NCBI GenBank assembly: GCA_036504475.1
Contig: DASXVB010000208.1
Location: 527 to 40,526 of the forward strand
Length of the DNA: 40,000 nucleotides
Source of the DNA: Methanosarcina sp.
Lineage (GTDB): Archaea; Halobacteriota; Methanosarcinia; Methanosarcinales; Methanosarcinaceae
Direction of reading: 5' to 3'
The stretch's first letter is position 1. Every line of letters begins with the position of its first letter. Positions 9,949-20,000 of this stretch are shown piece by piece. A program made the position numbers and the translations under genes. A model generated the notes under the pieces. That model was not told the origin of the DNA. It saw only the letters and a list, made by a program, of their open reading frames with translations, and did no database searches.

Positions 9949-10143
9949 ATGAATAATGGTACTATTAGAGCAAATATTAAAGAAGGAATGAATGTAGGGA
10001 TTGTCTTAAAAGAAAACCAGAAAACCGGAAAAATTACCCAGGGTGTTGTAAAAAGAATTTTAACAAATTCTTCAACTCATCCACGCGGAATAAAAGTTCA
10101 ATTAACGAATGGTCAGGTTGGAAGAGTTAAGGAAATCTACTAA
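9949..10143 (+). CDS. YwbE-family small protein (DUF2196-like, 64 aa)
   Basis: The KTGKITQGVVKRILTNSSTHPRGIKVQLTNGQVGRVKEI pattern matches the conserved YwbE family signature (TG.lT.G.V..ILT.S..HP.GIKV.L..GqvGRV.eI). Confidence 0.75.
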   Translation: MNNGTIRANIKEGMNVGIVLKENQKTGKITQGVVKRILTNSSTHPRGIKVQLTNGQVGRVKEIY

Positions 10144-10338
10144 AATTTGCAAGGAAATCTACTAAAATTTGCAGGGCAAGCTATTTTTAAAAGTCAATGA
10201 TAATATTAATATTCATTCTAAAACCCTGAAGACTCCATTCTACAATTCTGGACGTGCACTTAAATTATAAAAATAACCACTTAGTTGATTAGATCGAAAA
10301 AAAGCAAACGCTATAAGCAAAGCATACGGAAATAAAAC

Positions 10339-11148
10339 ATGCTAAAAGCTATTGCTTCAAATATATTCTTCATTGCTGCATCGAGGCTTAACACTGAGAT
10401 CGGGAAAGTATTTACGCGACACCAGGAGCAGAAGCAGGTAATTGTCACTGAAGAGATGCTGCAAAAACTGCCAGAGCCCGTTAGAAGATATCTTGAATAC
10501 ACTGGAATTGTTGGCAAGCCTATTGTTCAAAAAGTCCGTATCAAGCAAATTGGAAAAATCCGGAAAGATGCCACACAACCGTGGATGAACTTTGAAGCTA
10601 AACAATATTATTCTGTAAGCCCGCCGAGCTTCGTCTGGATTGCATATATGAAAATTTTTGGTTTGCCGTTGATACGAGTAAGAGATTATTATATGGAAGG
10701 CAGGGGCAATATTCTGGTGAAGGCGCTTTCACTATTCACAGTTGCGGATTCCGGAGGCGAGAAATTGGACCAAGGAGCAATGATGCGTTATCTTAATGAA
10801 ATGATGTGGTTTCCGTCGGCTTTTCTTGGAAAGAATATTTCTTTCGAATCTATTGATGCCAGCTTGGTGAGAGTAACATTGAGAGATATGGGTGAAAGTG
10901 TAACAGCAACTATGTATTTTGACGAAGAAGGAAAATTGACAAATTTCATAGCTTTACGCTATCGGGATATGGGCAAGAATAAATTTGAATTGGAAAGTTG
11001 GTCAACTCCGATTCGAGGATATGGTGAATTCGAAGGACTGAGGCTTCCCATAAAGGGCGTAGGCGTCTGGAATTTAAAAGAAGGCGATCTGGAGTATATT
11101 GATGTAACGATAACTGATTTAGAGTATAACCCGAGAGGGCCGTATTGA
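10339..11148 (+). CDS. conserved hypothetical protein (269 aa, DUF6544-like)
   Basis: Clean ORF. LPEPVRRYLEYTG ... PPSFVWIA ... VRDYYMEGRGNIL resembles a widespread uncharacterised family. The family name is recalled from memory, not searched. Confidence 0.55.
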   Translation: MLKAIASNIFFIAASRLNTEIGKVFTRHQEQKQVIVTEEMLQKLPEPVRRYLEYTGIVGKPIVQKVRIKQIGKIRKDATQPWMNFEAKQYYSVSPPSFVWIAYMKIFGLPLIRVRDYYMEGRGNILVKALSLFTVADSGGEKLDQGAMMRYLNEMMWFPSAFLGKNISFESIDASLVRVTLRDMGESVTATMYFDEEGKLTNFIALRYRDMGKNKFELESWSTPIRGYGEFEGLRLPIKGVGVWNLKEGDLEYIDVTITDLEYNPRGPY

Positions 11149-11244
11149 GAAAGCAAATGAGAATGCGAACAACATTTTCAGTTTTTAGACAACTTTTTTA
11201 ATTGTCTCCAAAACAATCCATCAGGTTACCTTTAAACTCTTGAT

Positions 11245-11892
11245 TTATAGCTTTCCTGCTCTCAGTTCTACAATATAAGGGTCATAGGCTGTAGTTGAGT
11301 CGCCTGAACAACGTGCAATATAATAATCTGCGATGATGCAAGCTTGCTGCTCGCGATTATAGTCCCGAAAATGCTTTTTTTCACCAGGTGTATATTCATA
11401 CCCTGAACTTACCTGCGCACGAAAGGCTTCAACCAGATATTGTGAACCTGCATTTTCCATCTGCGCAACATGAGTTAATTCATGTATAAGCCATTTCATA
11501 TCGGAATTGCCTGTAGCTGTGTTAAGTTTTCTATTGAAATTGATTGTATGGAAAGTCGTAACCCCCATACCTGAGCACTTTTTTAGCTTCGCTCCCAACC
11601 AGGCAATGAATGAGGCTTCGTCAATGTGTACCTTACGGTAATTGACTTTGTTTTCAAATATGCTTCGAGCCTCCTGTTCCTCTATTTCAGTAAGGCTCCG
11701 AGTATTAAGCTTAATTTGCCATAAACGATCCATAAGCTCAGGGAAGGCACAAATATCGAGAATTTTTGCGATAACATGACCAATCCTAAAAGCAAGGGTT
11801 AACAGCCTATATCTTATCAATTTGTGGAAATCCTCCTCACTCTGCCAGATCAGGGCAATCTCTCGCTTATAATTCTGACGGCTTTCAAACAA
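11245..11892 (-). CDS. zincin-like metallopeptidase-fold protein (DUF4157-like, 215 aa)
   Basis: HELTHVAQ (HExxH) is preceded by GMGVTTFHTINFNRKL, the typical DUF4157 arrangement. The start is a TTG and is uncertain. Confidence 0.6.
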   Translation of the reverse strand: MFESRQNYKREIALIWQSEEDFHKLIRYRLLTLAFRIGHVIAKILDICAFPELMDRLWQIKLNTRSLTEIEEQEARSIFENKVNYRKVHIDEASFIAWLGAKLKKCSGMGVTTFHTINFNRKLNTATGNSDMKWLIHELTHVAQMENAGSQYLVEAFRAQVSSGYEYTPGEKKHFRDYNREQQACIIADYYIARCSGDSTTAYDPYIVELRAGKL

Positions 11893-11988
11893 TCATCGTT
11901 TATAATTACTTCTCAGGCCCTATCTTCTTGATTTCTAATTGTACGCTATAAAGTAGATATATATCTATACTCAAAAAAAATCCTTGAG

Positions 11989-12372
11989 TTGAATTATATA
12001 AACCCAGCTAAATGTACTGAACTTGATTACATTAACTTTCTTATTGCTTCTTCGCGAGCCTTTAGCTGTACTGAAGCTTCTAAGTGCAGTTTTATAGACT
12101 CGACTAGTCCAGCTCATGACTCTTTTATTCGTCTTCTCATAAGACAGTCTCAAGTAAAGTCTCTAGTCACTCCTGAAACTGGAGTTCTTATTATTGATGA
12201 TACTGTTCTCAATAAACCTTATTCCAAACGTATGGATCTTGTTTATCGGCAATGGAGTGGCAAAAATCATCAGATTGTAAATGGCATCAATCTCGAAACC
12301 GTTGTCTGGACGTATAATGATGCTATAATACCTGTTGACTTTAGGACTTACGCACTTGAAGTACAAAATCAA
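11989..12372 (+). pseudogene. IS4/IS701-like DDE transposase, N-terminal fragment only
   Basis: INPAKCTELDYINFLIASSRAFSCTEASKC ... GVLIIDDTVLNKPYSKRMDLVYRQWSGKNHQIVNGINLETVVW...PVDFRTY is the conserved N-terminal third of this transposase type. The remainder of the ORF is AT-rich junk, so the gene is truncated at about 12340-12372. Confidence 0.7.
12341..12372. repeat. 32-bp box, copy 1 (ttaggacttacgcacttgaagtacaaaatcaa)
   Basis: Matches the reverse complement of 15765-15796 at 29 of 32 positions. Confidence 0.85.
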
Positions 12373-12502
12373 TTTTCTAATTTGATACTATATAAACCTC
12401 AAAAATTAATGCTGATATTATTTTACAATAGCATACAAAAAATTTAGCATTTTTATTTTTATCTGGCTATAAAATAAGGTTATAATATAAAGATGTGAAT
12501 AA

Positions 12503-12781
12503 AATACCAGTATTAAAAAGATATTGATTTGAGTATCTTACCAAACATCCAAACAATATAAAAAAAGATAGGATTTATATTGATTAAAAAGCCCATTAAC
12601 TTGAAAATTTTGCGTAACTTATTTTAATTACATTTCTTTTGATTGTGATTTTCACCAGCTTGGTATTATTTTTATAAAAATTTGTGTTAACAGCTAAAAA
12701 GTGTTATGAGATTAAATAAAAATATGTTTTTATTAGTTTAAATTTTATAAAACCCCTCAAAAATGGGGAACATATATACCC
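12503..12781 (+). repeat. solo, diverged copy of the casposon terminal repeat (remnant end of an older casposon)
   Basis: It is homologous along its length to 29860-30179 and to the reverse complement of 12796-13110. For example, aataccagtattaaaaagatattgatttgagtatcttacc aligns with the equivalent arm segments. Its terminus ...catttttga..ggggaacatatataccc abuts the left TSD copy. Confidence 0.7.
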
Positions 12782-12795
12782 GATTAATATTAATA
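12782..12795. repeat. target-site duplication, left copy (GATTAATATTAATA)
   Basis: An identical 14-mer in direct orientation lies at 30180-30193, immediately outside the two inverted termini. Confidence 0.8.
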
Positions 12796-13110
12796 GGGAT
12801 ATAAGGGTTGGCATTTTTGATAGTTTTATTTGAATGTTTTAATAATATTTTAAAATTTAGATAGTAAAACTGTGATATTTTGACAGTAGTATATAATTTT
12901 CTCTCAAATCGTAACGCTATATTATTTTTACACAAAATCTTCTGCTTAATAACTCCAAATTATAAAAAATCACAATCAAGAGCGATGTAACAAAAATAAG
13001 TTACACAAGTTTTCAAGGTAAAAGCTTTTTAATCGATCTAAATCCTATCTTTTTGTTAGGTTGTTTGGTAAGATACTCAAACCAGAATATTATTAATACT
13101 AGCAAACTTT
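12796..13110. repeat. casposon left terminal inverted repeat (~315 bp)
   Basis: It starts gggatataagggttggcatttttgatagttttatttgaatgttttaataatattttaaaa. The reverse complement of the right end reads gggatatataggttggcatttttgatagttttatttgaatgttttaataatattttaaaa. Similarity by eye drops to about 70 percent further inward. Confidence 0.8.
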
Positions 13111-13398
13111 TACAAATTATTTGAATTTAACCTGAAAAAATTTACAATTTCCTTGTTACATTCCTAAAAAATAATCAAGTTATAAAGTATAACTGACGTC
13201 TTAATTGCCATAACAAAAAGTAAATTTTTTACATTTTTTTAAATTTGCTGAAAAAAATAAGGCCCTTTTTTATTAATTTTATAGTTATGAAAGAGAATGT
13301 GCTTTTATACTTTTTAGAAATTTAAATCAATTTATTATAAATCATTTTTAGTTAAGAAATTGAAGTACATTTTTCATATCAATTACGCTTAAAATTAT

Positions 13399-14001
13399 TC
13401 AACGAATTTCACTTCTTCTTTCTACATCAATATCATCTAAAATTGTCTCAATTTCTTCCATCAAAATATCTCTTTCTGAACTCTCACTCATTTTATCGAT
13501 ATGTTCACCAACTCTTTCATAGTGCATGTTAGGTTTTTGTTTTTCGTACGCAGACCATATTTTGTTTTTAACATCATCAAGGCTAAAGACTTGGTTTTCT
13601 GATAAACTCAAATATATCATCATTACTAAGTATCTGCAATAAGGATGATCTAATATCACATAAAGATAAGCAAGGCGATCTATACTTTCTGAATTAATTG
13701 GTAAATTATTTCTTCTGTCAATATAATCATAAAATAATTCAAAGAACCAGATATTTGCTTCAATTCCTATACTTTGATAATCTTCTGGATCTAAATGAAG
13801 GTAGGAATTAGTTAGCCTATATATGTAATTTGTATGTTCTGACTTAGAACATCTATAATAACCATTATCTGTATCATTTGTGCCAAATAAAACCTGATCG
13901 AGTATATTAAGTTGACAATCTATCTCTTCCAAGTTTATTCCTGAACTACTTAAATGTTTTATTCTTTCAACTATAAGATAAATCAAAGGATCGTCAATCA
14001 T
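13399..14001 (-). CDS. hypothetical protein (200 aa), directly abutting the upstream HEAT-repeat gene
   Basis: Its ATG directly abuts the stop codon of the 550-aa gene (14001/14002). No motif recognised. Confidence 0.55.
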   Translation of the reverse strand: MIDDPLIYLIVERIKHLSSSGINLEEIDCQLNILDQVLFGTNDTDNGYYRCSKSEHTNYIYRLTNSYLHLDPEDYQSIGIEANIWFFELFYDYIDRRNNLPINSESIDRLAYLYVILDHPYCRYLVMMIYLSLSENQVFSLDDVKNKIWSAYEKQKPNMHYERVGEHIDKMSESSERDILMEEIETILDDIDVERRSEIR

Positions 14002-15654
14002 TTAAGGCCTCACGATTATGATATTATCATTATGAGAATGAAAAGCTATTAAGCTAGTGATTAAAGGTAGGTTTGGTCTCCCCTTACTGCTTGGAGGTGC
14101 ATGAAAATGATAAGTATAACTAACAAAATTTTTACCAATTAAATCGCTAAATAACCGACCTGAACCGATTTTTTCGAAATTTTCCCCAACTATAACTAGT
14201 GGTTTACATTCTTCTATTTTTTTGGAATATGGTGGTCTTCCAGATACCCAATCGGAAACAAGAAACCAGAAGTCTTGTTTTTTGTCACAATACTTCATAT
14301 TGTACTGATCTGGATGAAAAACGACTATGTCAATTTTAAATACTTTTCGAAACTTGTTTCTTAGGAGTCTATTAGCCCAATCTGCATGAACGGTAGTAGT
14401 TAAATAGCTGTAAAGGCCCTTTGTGTAAGCAATCCACCTCTGGTATAATTCGATTCCTTCAGGGCTACAGGCATCATATACATTTTCAATATCTTCAGTA
14501 TCTATCCATCCCATTACTCCTATACTACCATACATCATTGACGAGTAAGGATTTTTTATTGAAGTCAAATAAACCCCATCTCCCCAGGTAAAACCAGGAG
14601 ATTTAGATATAAAGAGTTTTTTTCCATTATTTAAAAAAGATTGGAAGTAAGCAGGAGAAAAATATTTAAGTCCATAAACTTTATCCTGATTTCCATTTAG
14701 TCCAATAAAATTCTCTCTGAACCAATTAGAAGATTTTTTTATATGATCAGAAATTTCTTTTTCTAATACATGATTTTGGATAATATTTTTTAGCTTTTTA
14801 TCCAGAAAAGGCAGGCCTTTTCTTATTGTTCCTATTGTGAATGGTGCTGTTTCTTCAGTATCCATCAAAAGTTCTATTGCATGTTCACAATATTTTCTAT
14901 AGAAATTAAGCTCATCTTTTTTTGTCTCTAAATCCAGATTTCCTAGACTCTGGACTTCTTTTAATGCTTCAGCAAGATTTTCAACAGCTTCAAAAAGCAA
15001 TTCCTTACTCTTTGAACCCTCAATTGCAGATTTAGCTTCTTCCAAATATTTGTTCACTTCTTCTCTAGCTTCCTGTCTTTTGAAAAGTATTGTGTAGAAA
15101 GAACGATAGAAAGGAAGACAAAATTTTGAAGGATTATACAAATAATGTGACTCCTGTGCTGCTTTTTCAAAAAAAGAAATAGCTTTTTCCAATTCTTTTT
15201 TATAATCTTCTTCTATTTTTGCTTGGGAAGCTTTGGATATAGAAACTTTTCCAAGAGCGTGATTTGAATAAACTCTCACATAACGGTCTTCATCAGTGGT
15301 AAGTCTGCGTAAGTCGTTCCATGCCTGTTGTTTATCTGGCACTTGAGAAAACACAGAACCAAGAGCGTCAGCAGCCATAGACCTAACATCACGGTCTTCA
15401 TCAGTGGTCAGTCTATGTAAATCGTCCCATGCCTGTTGTTTATCGGGCACATCAGAAAATGCAGTACCAAGTAAAGAAGCAGCCCAAGATCTCACAAAAC
15501 TGTTTTCATCATAAGTAAGTCCAATTAATTCATTCCATGCCTGTTGTTTATCCAGCAATTGTAAAAAATTGTCTGTTAATTTCTCTAATGCATGTCTACG
15601 CTCTTTTGGATTTTCGCTTAGACATTTATTGTGAATTTTCTCTTGGTCGACCAA
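14002..15654 (-). CDS. HEAT-repeat protein with an uncharacterised C-terminal domain (550 aa)
   Basis: The N-terminal ~130 aa contain three to four PBS-lyase/HEAT-type repeats (DKQQAWNDL.RLTTDEDR.VR..AA.ALG..FS.VP), followed by a helical linker. The C-terminal ~250 aa contain SPGFTWGDGVYLTSIKNPYSSMMYG. Confidence 0.7.
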   Translation of the reverse strand: MVDQEKIHNKCLSENPKERRHALEKLTDNFLQLLDKQQAWNELIGLTYDENSFVRSWAASLLGTAFSDVPDKQQAWDDLHRLTTDEDRDVRSMAADALGSVFSQVPDKQQAWNDLRRLTTDEDRYVRVYSNHALGKVSISKASQAKIEEDYKKELEKAISFFEKAAQESHYLYNPSKFCLPFYRSFYTILFKRQEAREEVNKYLEEAKSAIEGSKSKELLFEAVENLAEALKEVQSLGNLDLETKKDELNFYRKYCEHAIELLMDTEETAPFTIGTIRKGLPFLDKKLKNIIQNHVLEKEISDHIKKSSNWFRENFIGLNGNQDKVYGLKYFSPAYFQSFLNNGKKLFISKSPGFTWGDGVYLTSIKNPYSSMMYGSIGVMGWIDTEDIENVYDACSPEGIELYQRWIAYTKGLYSYLTTTVHADWANRLLRNKFRKVFKIDIVVFHPDQYNMKYCDKKQDFWFLVSDWVSGRPPYSKKIEECKPLVIVGENFEKIGSGRLFSDLIGKNFVSYTYHFHAPPSSKGRPNLPLITSLIAFHSHNDNIIIVRP

Positions 15655-15764
15655 CTACCTACACCATAAGTTCCGATAAAACTAAAAGCTTAAAACAGTT
15701 TCTTTTTGACTTTAGAAATTCATAATAAGATTTATTTAAAATGGATCCAAAATGTATATTGTTC

Positions 15765-15796
15765 TTGATTTTGTACTTCGAGTGCCTAAATCCTAA
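15765..15796. repeat. 32-bp box, copy 2 (ttgattttgtacttcgagtgcctaaatcctaa)
   Basis: Inverted copy of 12341-12372 (29 of 32 match). It lies 78 bp downstream of the Cas1 stop codon. Confidence 0.85.
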
Positions 15797-15873
15797 TTTT
15801 TAGAGTTTCTACAGAGCAAGTAAAATTTACATTTTTACATTTTACATGTAAAAACATGCACATTTTACATATT

Positions 15874-16872
15874 TTAATATAGAAAATTGATATCTTCCCT
15901 TCTTCCCTCTACATATTCCGCTAATTCAAACCCTTTCCTTTCTATTACTTTTCTTCTCGGAATAAGTTTTCCTTCATATTCTATTCTTTCACCCATTCGG
16001 GTTTCATAGGCCTTACTTAGCTTATCTGTCCCTCCCTCTCTTAACCTGAGAGAATAATTATTCATTCTCAAAAAATCGCTTTTAGGAACTCTAAAACCTT
16101 TTGAGAGTAATTTATAGACTGTTACATATATTTCTCCTCTAAAAATCTCCTGTAGATCGTATGCTAAACTTCGTTTTTCATTTCTCATTTCATGTAAAAA
16201 GCCGATACATGGATCAAGCCCTACTGTATTAATTACTCTCAAACATTCGGCTTCAAGTAAGGCATAACCATAATTTAGCATTGTATTAGTATAATCAGAG
16301 GCCCCCCTTCCAGATCTTTCTACAAAACCCCATTTTTCAGGAATAGCTTTCATAAATTCTTTCCAGTAGATTTTTGCTGATTCTCCTTCAATCCCCATTA
16401 ATTCAGGTATATCTTTTGCTTTATCGACTGCTTTAAGATATGGGGAAATAACATAAGATTCAATATCAGGATAAGGCAAGGATTCTAAAACCTTAATAGA
16501 ATTAGCTAGTTTAGCATTAATTATACTCTGAGCAATAGAAAATCTTCTCTTTTCATCATTATAGGTTTTATACTGTGCAATTTTCCGCTTTCCATTTCCC
16601 TCTTTTTCCTGATTAACAGAAGATAATAAACTACCATCCCAATTCAAAATATTAAGCTGAATGTTCTGTAAACTTATCCACTTAAAAGCTTCAAGGGAAA
16701 CATAGCCGGTTTGACCATAAATCAAGATAGATGTTATCTTTTTCTGATTTGGTTGTAAACAATAAATCTCTTCCTCTCTATCTTTAGTTAAAGGAATTCC
16801 GTTTTTAATTATAAGTTTCCCGTCATTAACTTTTAAAGAAATTCCATAACCATCCAAGAGTAAAAGACCCAT
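15874..16872 (-). CDS. cas1: Cas1 homolog, casposase (332 aa)
   Basis: NTMLNYGYALLEAECLRVINTVGLDPCIGFLHEMRNEKRSLAYDLQEIFR is the hallmark Cas1 core with the catalytic His and acidic residues. EGESAKIYW supplies the upstream Glu, and the N-terminus is the typical beta-rich domain. The gene sits next to PolB rather than cas2. Confidence 0.9.
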   Translation of the reverse strand: MGLLLLDGYGISLKVNDGKLIIKNGIPLTKDREEEIYCLQPNQKKITSILIYGQTGYVSLEAFKWISLQNIQLNILNWDGSLLSSVNQEKEGNGKRKIAQYKTYNDEKRRFSIAQSIINAKLANSIKVLESLPYPDIESYVISPYLKAVDKAKDIPELMGIEGESAKIYWKEFMKAIPEKWGFVERSGRGASDYTNTMLNYGYALLEAECLRVINTVGLDPCIGFLHEMRNEKRSLAYDLQEIFRGEIYVTVYKLLSKGFRVPKSDFLRMNNYSLRLREGGTDKLSKAYETRMGERIEYEGKLIPRRKVIERKGFELAEYVEGRREDINFLY

Positions 16873-17006
16873 AAATAATAAACGATGTAAACGAATAAAA
16901 ACGGTTTCAGGAATAATAAAAGGAAAGAGAGATTTATATGTAAAGAACTATCCAGTTCTTTAAGATAAATCTCTCAAGTTTCCAATAACTTAAAACTGTT
17001 ACATTA

Positions 17007-20000
17007 TTAATTAACGCTTAATATGTCTTTACAATAATTAACTAATATTGCTGGAACAATACAATTTAGGTTTAGGCTTTCATTTTTTCGGACCTTACTT
17101 TTTACATCCATTAAAGATTGCTCTGGAATTCCTAATTTTCCCACTTCTTTTACAGATAACCCTAGAATAATCTCTTTCTCTTTTTCTGTTGGCAAATGAT
17201 AATTGCCTCTCAGATGTTTTCTAGCTCGTTTTAAAGTCTTCAGAGATTCTTCTACCCATTTTATGGTGGGTTTTTCTAATCCGGTTTTATACGTTTCTAT
17301 TTCCTTTTTTATTTTTGATAAATCAGAGTTTCTAACGTCTCCTCTTCTTCTTGCTTTTTCCCAGGCAATCTCTACTTTTTCGGTTAAATTTTCAAGCTTC
17401 TCAAAAACCTGAACGTCATCTTCCTCTGCCTCAGGTAACTCTTCAAACTGCTTTACTTGATCAATTTCCTTTCCTATCGCTTTGATGCCTGTTATAAAGA
17501 TTTCTCTGCGTTTAAGCAGTCCTCTTTTTCCCGTGAATTTTGCTTCAGGATGGTTATAATAATCAAAAAAGGTTTTATCCATTCTATTAAAGTATTCAGT
17601 TCCTTCTTTTATTTCCCCTGTTTTTGCATCAATAAATGGATTATTAACCATGTCCTGAAAATTATCACTCATTGGAGCAATTGGCATTATGTCCTTATTA
17701 GGACTATTCCCTCTAAGGAAGAAATTATAAGGTTTAATTCGCTCTTCATATGGCTTTCCGCTATTGATTTGATTAAACCAGTAAAGGACTGTTGGTGTTC
17801 TGATCCCGATTTTTGATATTTCAAACTTATTTCCGTATTTTGAAATTATATCGGTTTCATCTAGGATTCCTTCGTGATAAAGGATAATATCTCTCCACAT
17901 TATTGGATGCCATTTTTTATTTTCTTCTGTTTCTATCTGAAAAATATTAGATATATGCCCCAATCCATGAAGCTTCCCCTCCATTCTTGTAATATCAGGG
18001 ACTCCGTTTTCGTCACGTGCAAAGACCACATATCTTTTTGAAGAGATTCCTAAAAAGAATTGTTGAGGAGTCCTTAATCCGGTTTCTTCATCTTTTACTC
18101 TTCCTTTGAATTTATCCTCAATTTTAAGAAGTTCAGAAACATTCTCATAAGGGTTTAATGGATTAAAGAAATTGGAAACCTCTTCCGCTATTTCTGGTGG
18201 CACGAAAATACTATCGGTATCCATGTAATAATGAGAATACCCTAGTTCCTTAACTTTAGCCTCTGCTATTGCTAACATAAGTCTTGAAGCGGCTGTTATT
18301 GTGGTTCCAATTAGTGGATTAAAAAATTTACCTTCTTTTTCCGATCTGCCAAAAGAAGTAAACTTTTCTTCTCCTCTACAGACTATTAATTCTTTTTCAG
18401 TTTCCTGAGTGTTTAATTCAACGAATATGCCATATCCAAGCGCGTTAGATAAAATTTTTAATCCAAGTTGTTTTCCATCCTTCTCTGAATACTCGGAAGA
18501 ATCTTCATCCAGTAATTTCATTTCCTTTTTAATTTTCTGTCTTTCCTCTACAAAGAATTTAATCAAATTATCTTTTCTTGGGTTTATTTTATATCCTAGT
18601 ATTTTAGTTGACTTTAATCCATTTTGTTTTGTTCCAGGTTCATACTTGTAAGCCATTAGTATTTCAGGGGTTTTTCCAGTAAGGAGCTTACTTGCTACTA
18701 CGTCACAAAGAGTGAACCAGATGCATTTATCTGAACTTAGATTCTCAAGTCCAACAGTTTTTTCTGTATTCTCATCGTAACCTGTTCTAAGTGGTAAAAT
18801 ATCATTATCCGGTTTCACTTTGACTATAGCAGGCATTTTTTTCCATATACTGGGATCTTGCATTTTTTCCAGGGTTATCGAGTCGACAAATTCCTTAATT
18901 TCTTCTGTTGCTTCTTTTTCAACATAGCAGTTTGAAATCATGTAGTCCCATAGTCCTATTAAAACGATAACCGAAGGATACATAGATGTAAAGTCTAAAA
19001 CTTCAGATGGTTTTATCTCATGCCTGAGTTTACATTCCACTCGGCCTGCATAGAAAGCTTCCATTATCCGACCTAAGCTATCAGAAGGATATTCAGGATT
19101 TAAGTCTAAAAATGGCTTTATTCCCATTTGTTTAAACAAGGCTTTGCCTATTGATGCACCACTATAAATTCTGTTAAAAGGAAGATCTTTTAAACCAATA
19201 TTCTTAATCGCTTCTTCTACTTTCACATATACGTCATATGTTGCTTTTACGTCACCCTGTAAATAAGTCAAGTACTCTTTGGTAATCTCTCCATGTTTTT
19301 CTACCTCTAATTTTTGATGTTCTGTTTTTAACATCTTACAGGCTTCTTTTAATGTAAAGTGTTGAGTACCAGATCCAAAAAGAACACTAACTAAATGCGA
19401 ACAATCAAAGAAGTATCCCTTCTTCTTTTCGTCAGTATTGTTAACCACTATTTTTCTTTTTCTTCCTTTTTTATCTATCATTTCTTCTTCACATTTTGCT
19501 TGCGAAAAACTGATAGATTCAGCTAAGCCCATTCTTCTTATTTTGATATTAGGTACTGTCGGAAATTCTGGAAAAGATAGGAGAATATCTCCCTTTCTTG
19601 GGTCACCTTTAACAGTATTCTCGGCTTTGCCAGCAATTCTGCTTAAATCAAAGGGTAAATTATAGCCAATGCAAGGCGTTTCTTTTCCATAGCATTCGGG
19701 TAAAAAGATATTCGCAATAAATTCAGATGTTGAATATAACGGAATATTTTTTTCTTCAGCATATTCCTTAAGTATCTTGATCTCCTTATAAGATGGTGGA
19801 ATTTGCATAAGGGAATTTTGCAGATTGGTAAAACGAGTATTTATTACCGCGTGTTTCTCAGGCATCGGAACATAAAAGAACCCGTTTTCCTGCAATTCCC
19901 CATTTTCCAAAATTTCAAAATACCCGACTTCCAAATTTTGATAACAGTCTGTCGTTGTTTCAGTATCAAGTACTAGAAGCCTAGGATATGATGTTTTTAA

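Noticed and set aside
12738-12935. Track ORFs 12738..12935 (-) and 30114..30422 (-) as genes
   Set aside because: Both lie inside the casposon terminal repeats and the adjacent AT-rich DNA. They are homologous to each other only because the TIRs are, have low-complexity translations, and the second overlaps the better-supported 30288..30752 gene.
15700-15720. Alternative, smaller casposon limits using the short inverted match ctttttgactttagaaat (15703-15720) against tttctacgtaagtcaaaaac (25831-25853), or aaaattaggat at 25951
   Set aside because: These are matches of only 10-17 nt with gaps in very AT-rich DNA, which is the expected chance level. There is no flanking direct repeat. The 315-bp TIR plus exact 14-bp TSD solution is far stronger.
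15762-15775. Exact 14-mer ttcttgattttgta shared with the IS1-like pseudogene (38204-38217)
   Set aside because: Several exact 14-mers are expected by chance in 40 kb of AT-biased sequence, and the similarity does not extend on either side.
15874-16872. Cas1 as part of a CRISPR-Cas adaptation module
   Set aside because: There is no cas2, cas4 or effector gene, and no array of regularly spaced direct repeats anywhere in the window. Cas1 sits next to PolB and HNH inside TIRs with a TSD, so it is read as a casposase.
17203-19665. Plus-strand ORFs inside polB (17203..17412, 17457..17816, 18409..18651, 19438..19665)
   Set aside because: They are antisense to a polymerase gene carrying all catalytic motifs, and their translations are low-complexity and Ser/Phe/Leu-rich. 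The same reasoning applies to 6475..7557 (antisense to the 552-aa gene), 8517..9392 (integrase), 36601..37422 (marker protein 8), 4701..4925, 10311..10605, 10959..11156, 12163..12372 and 35645..35908.
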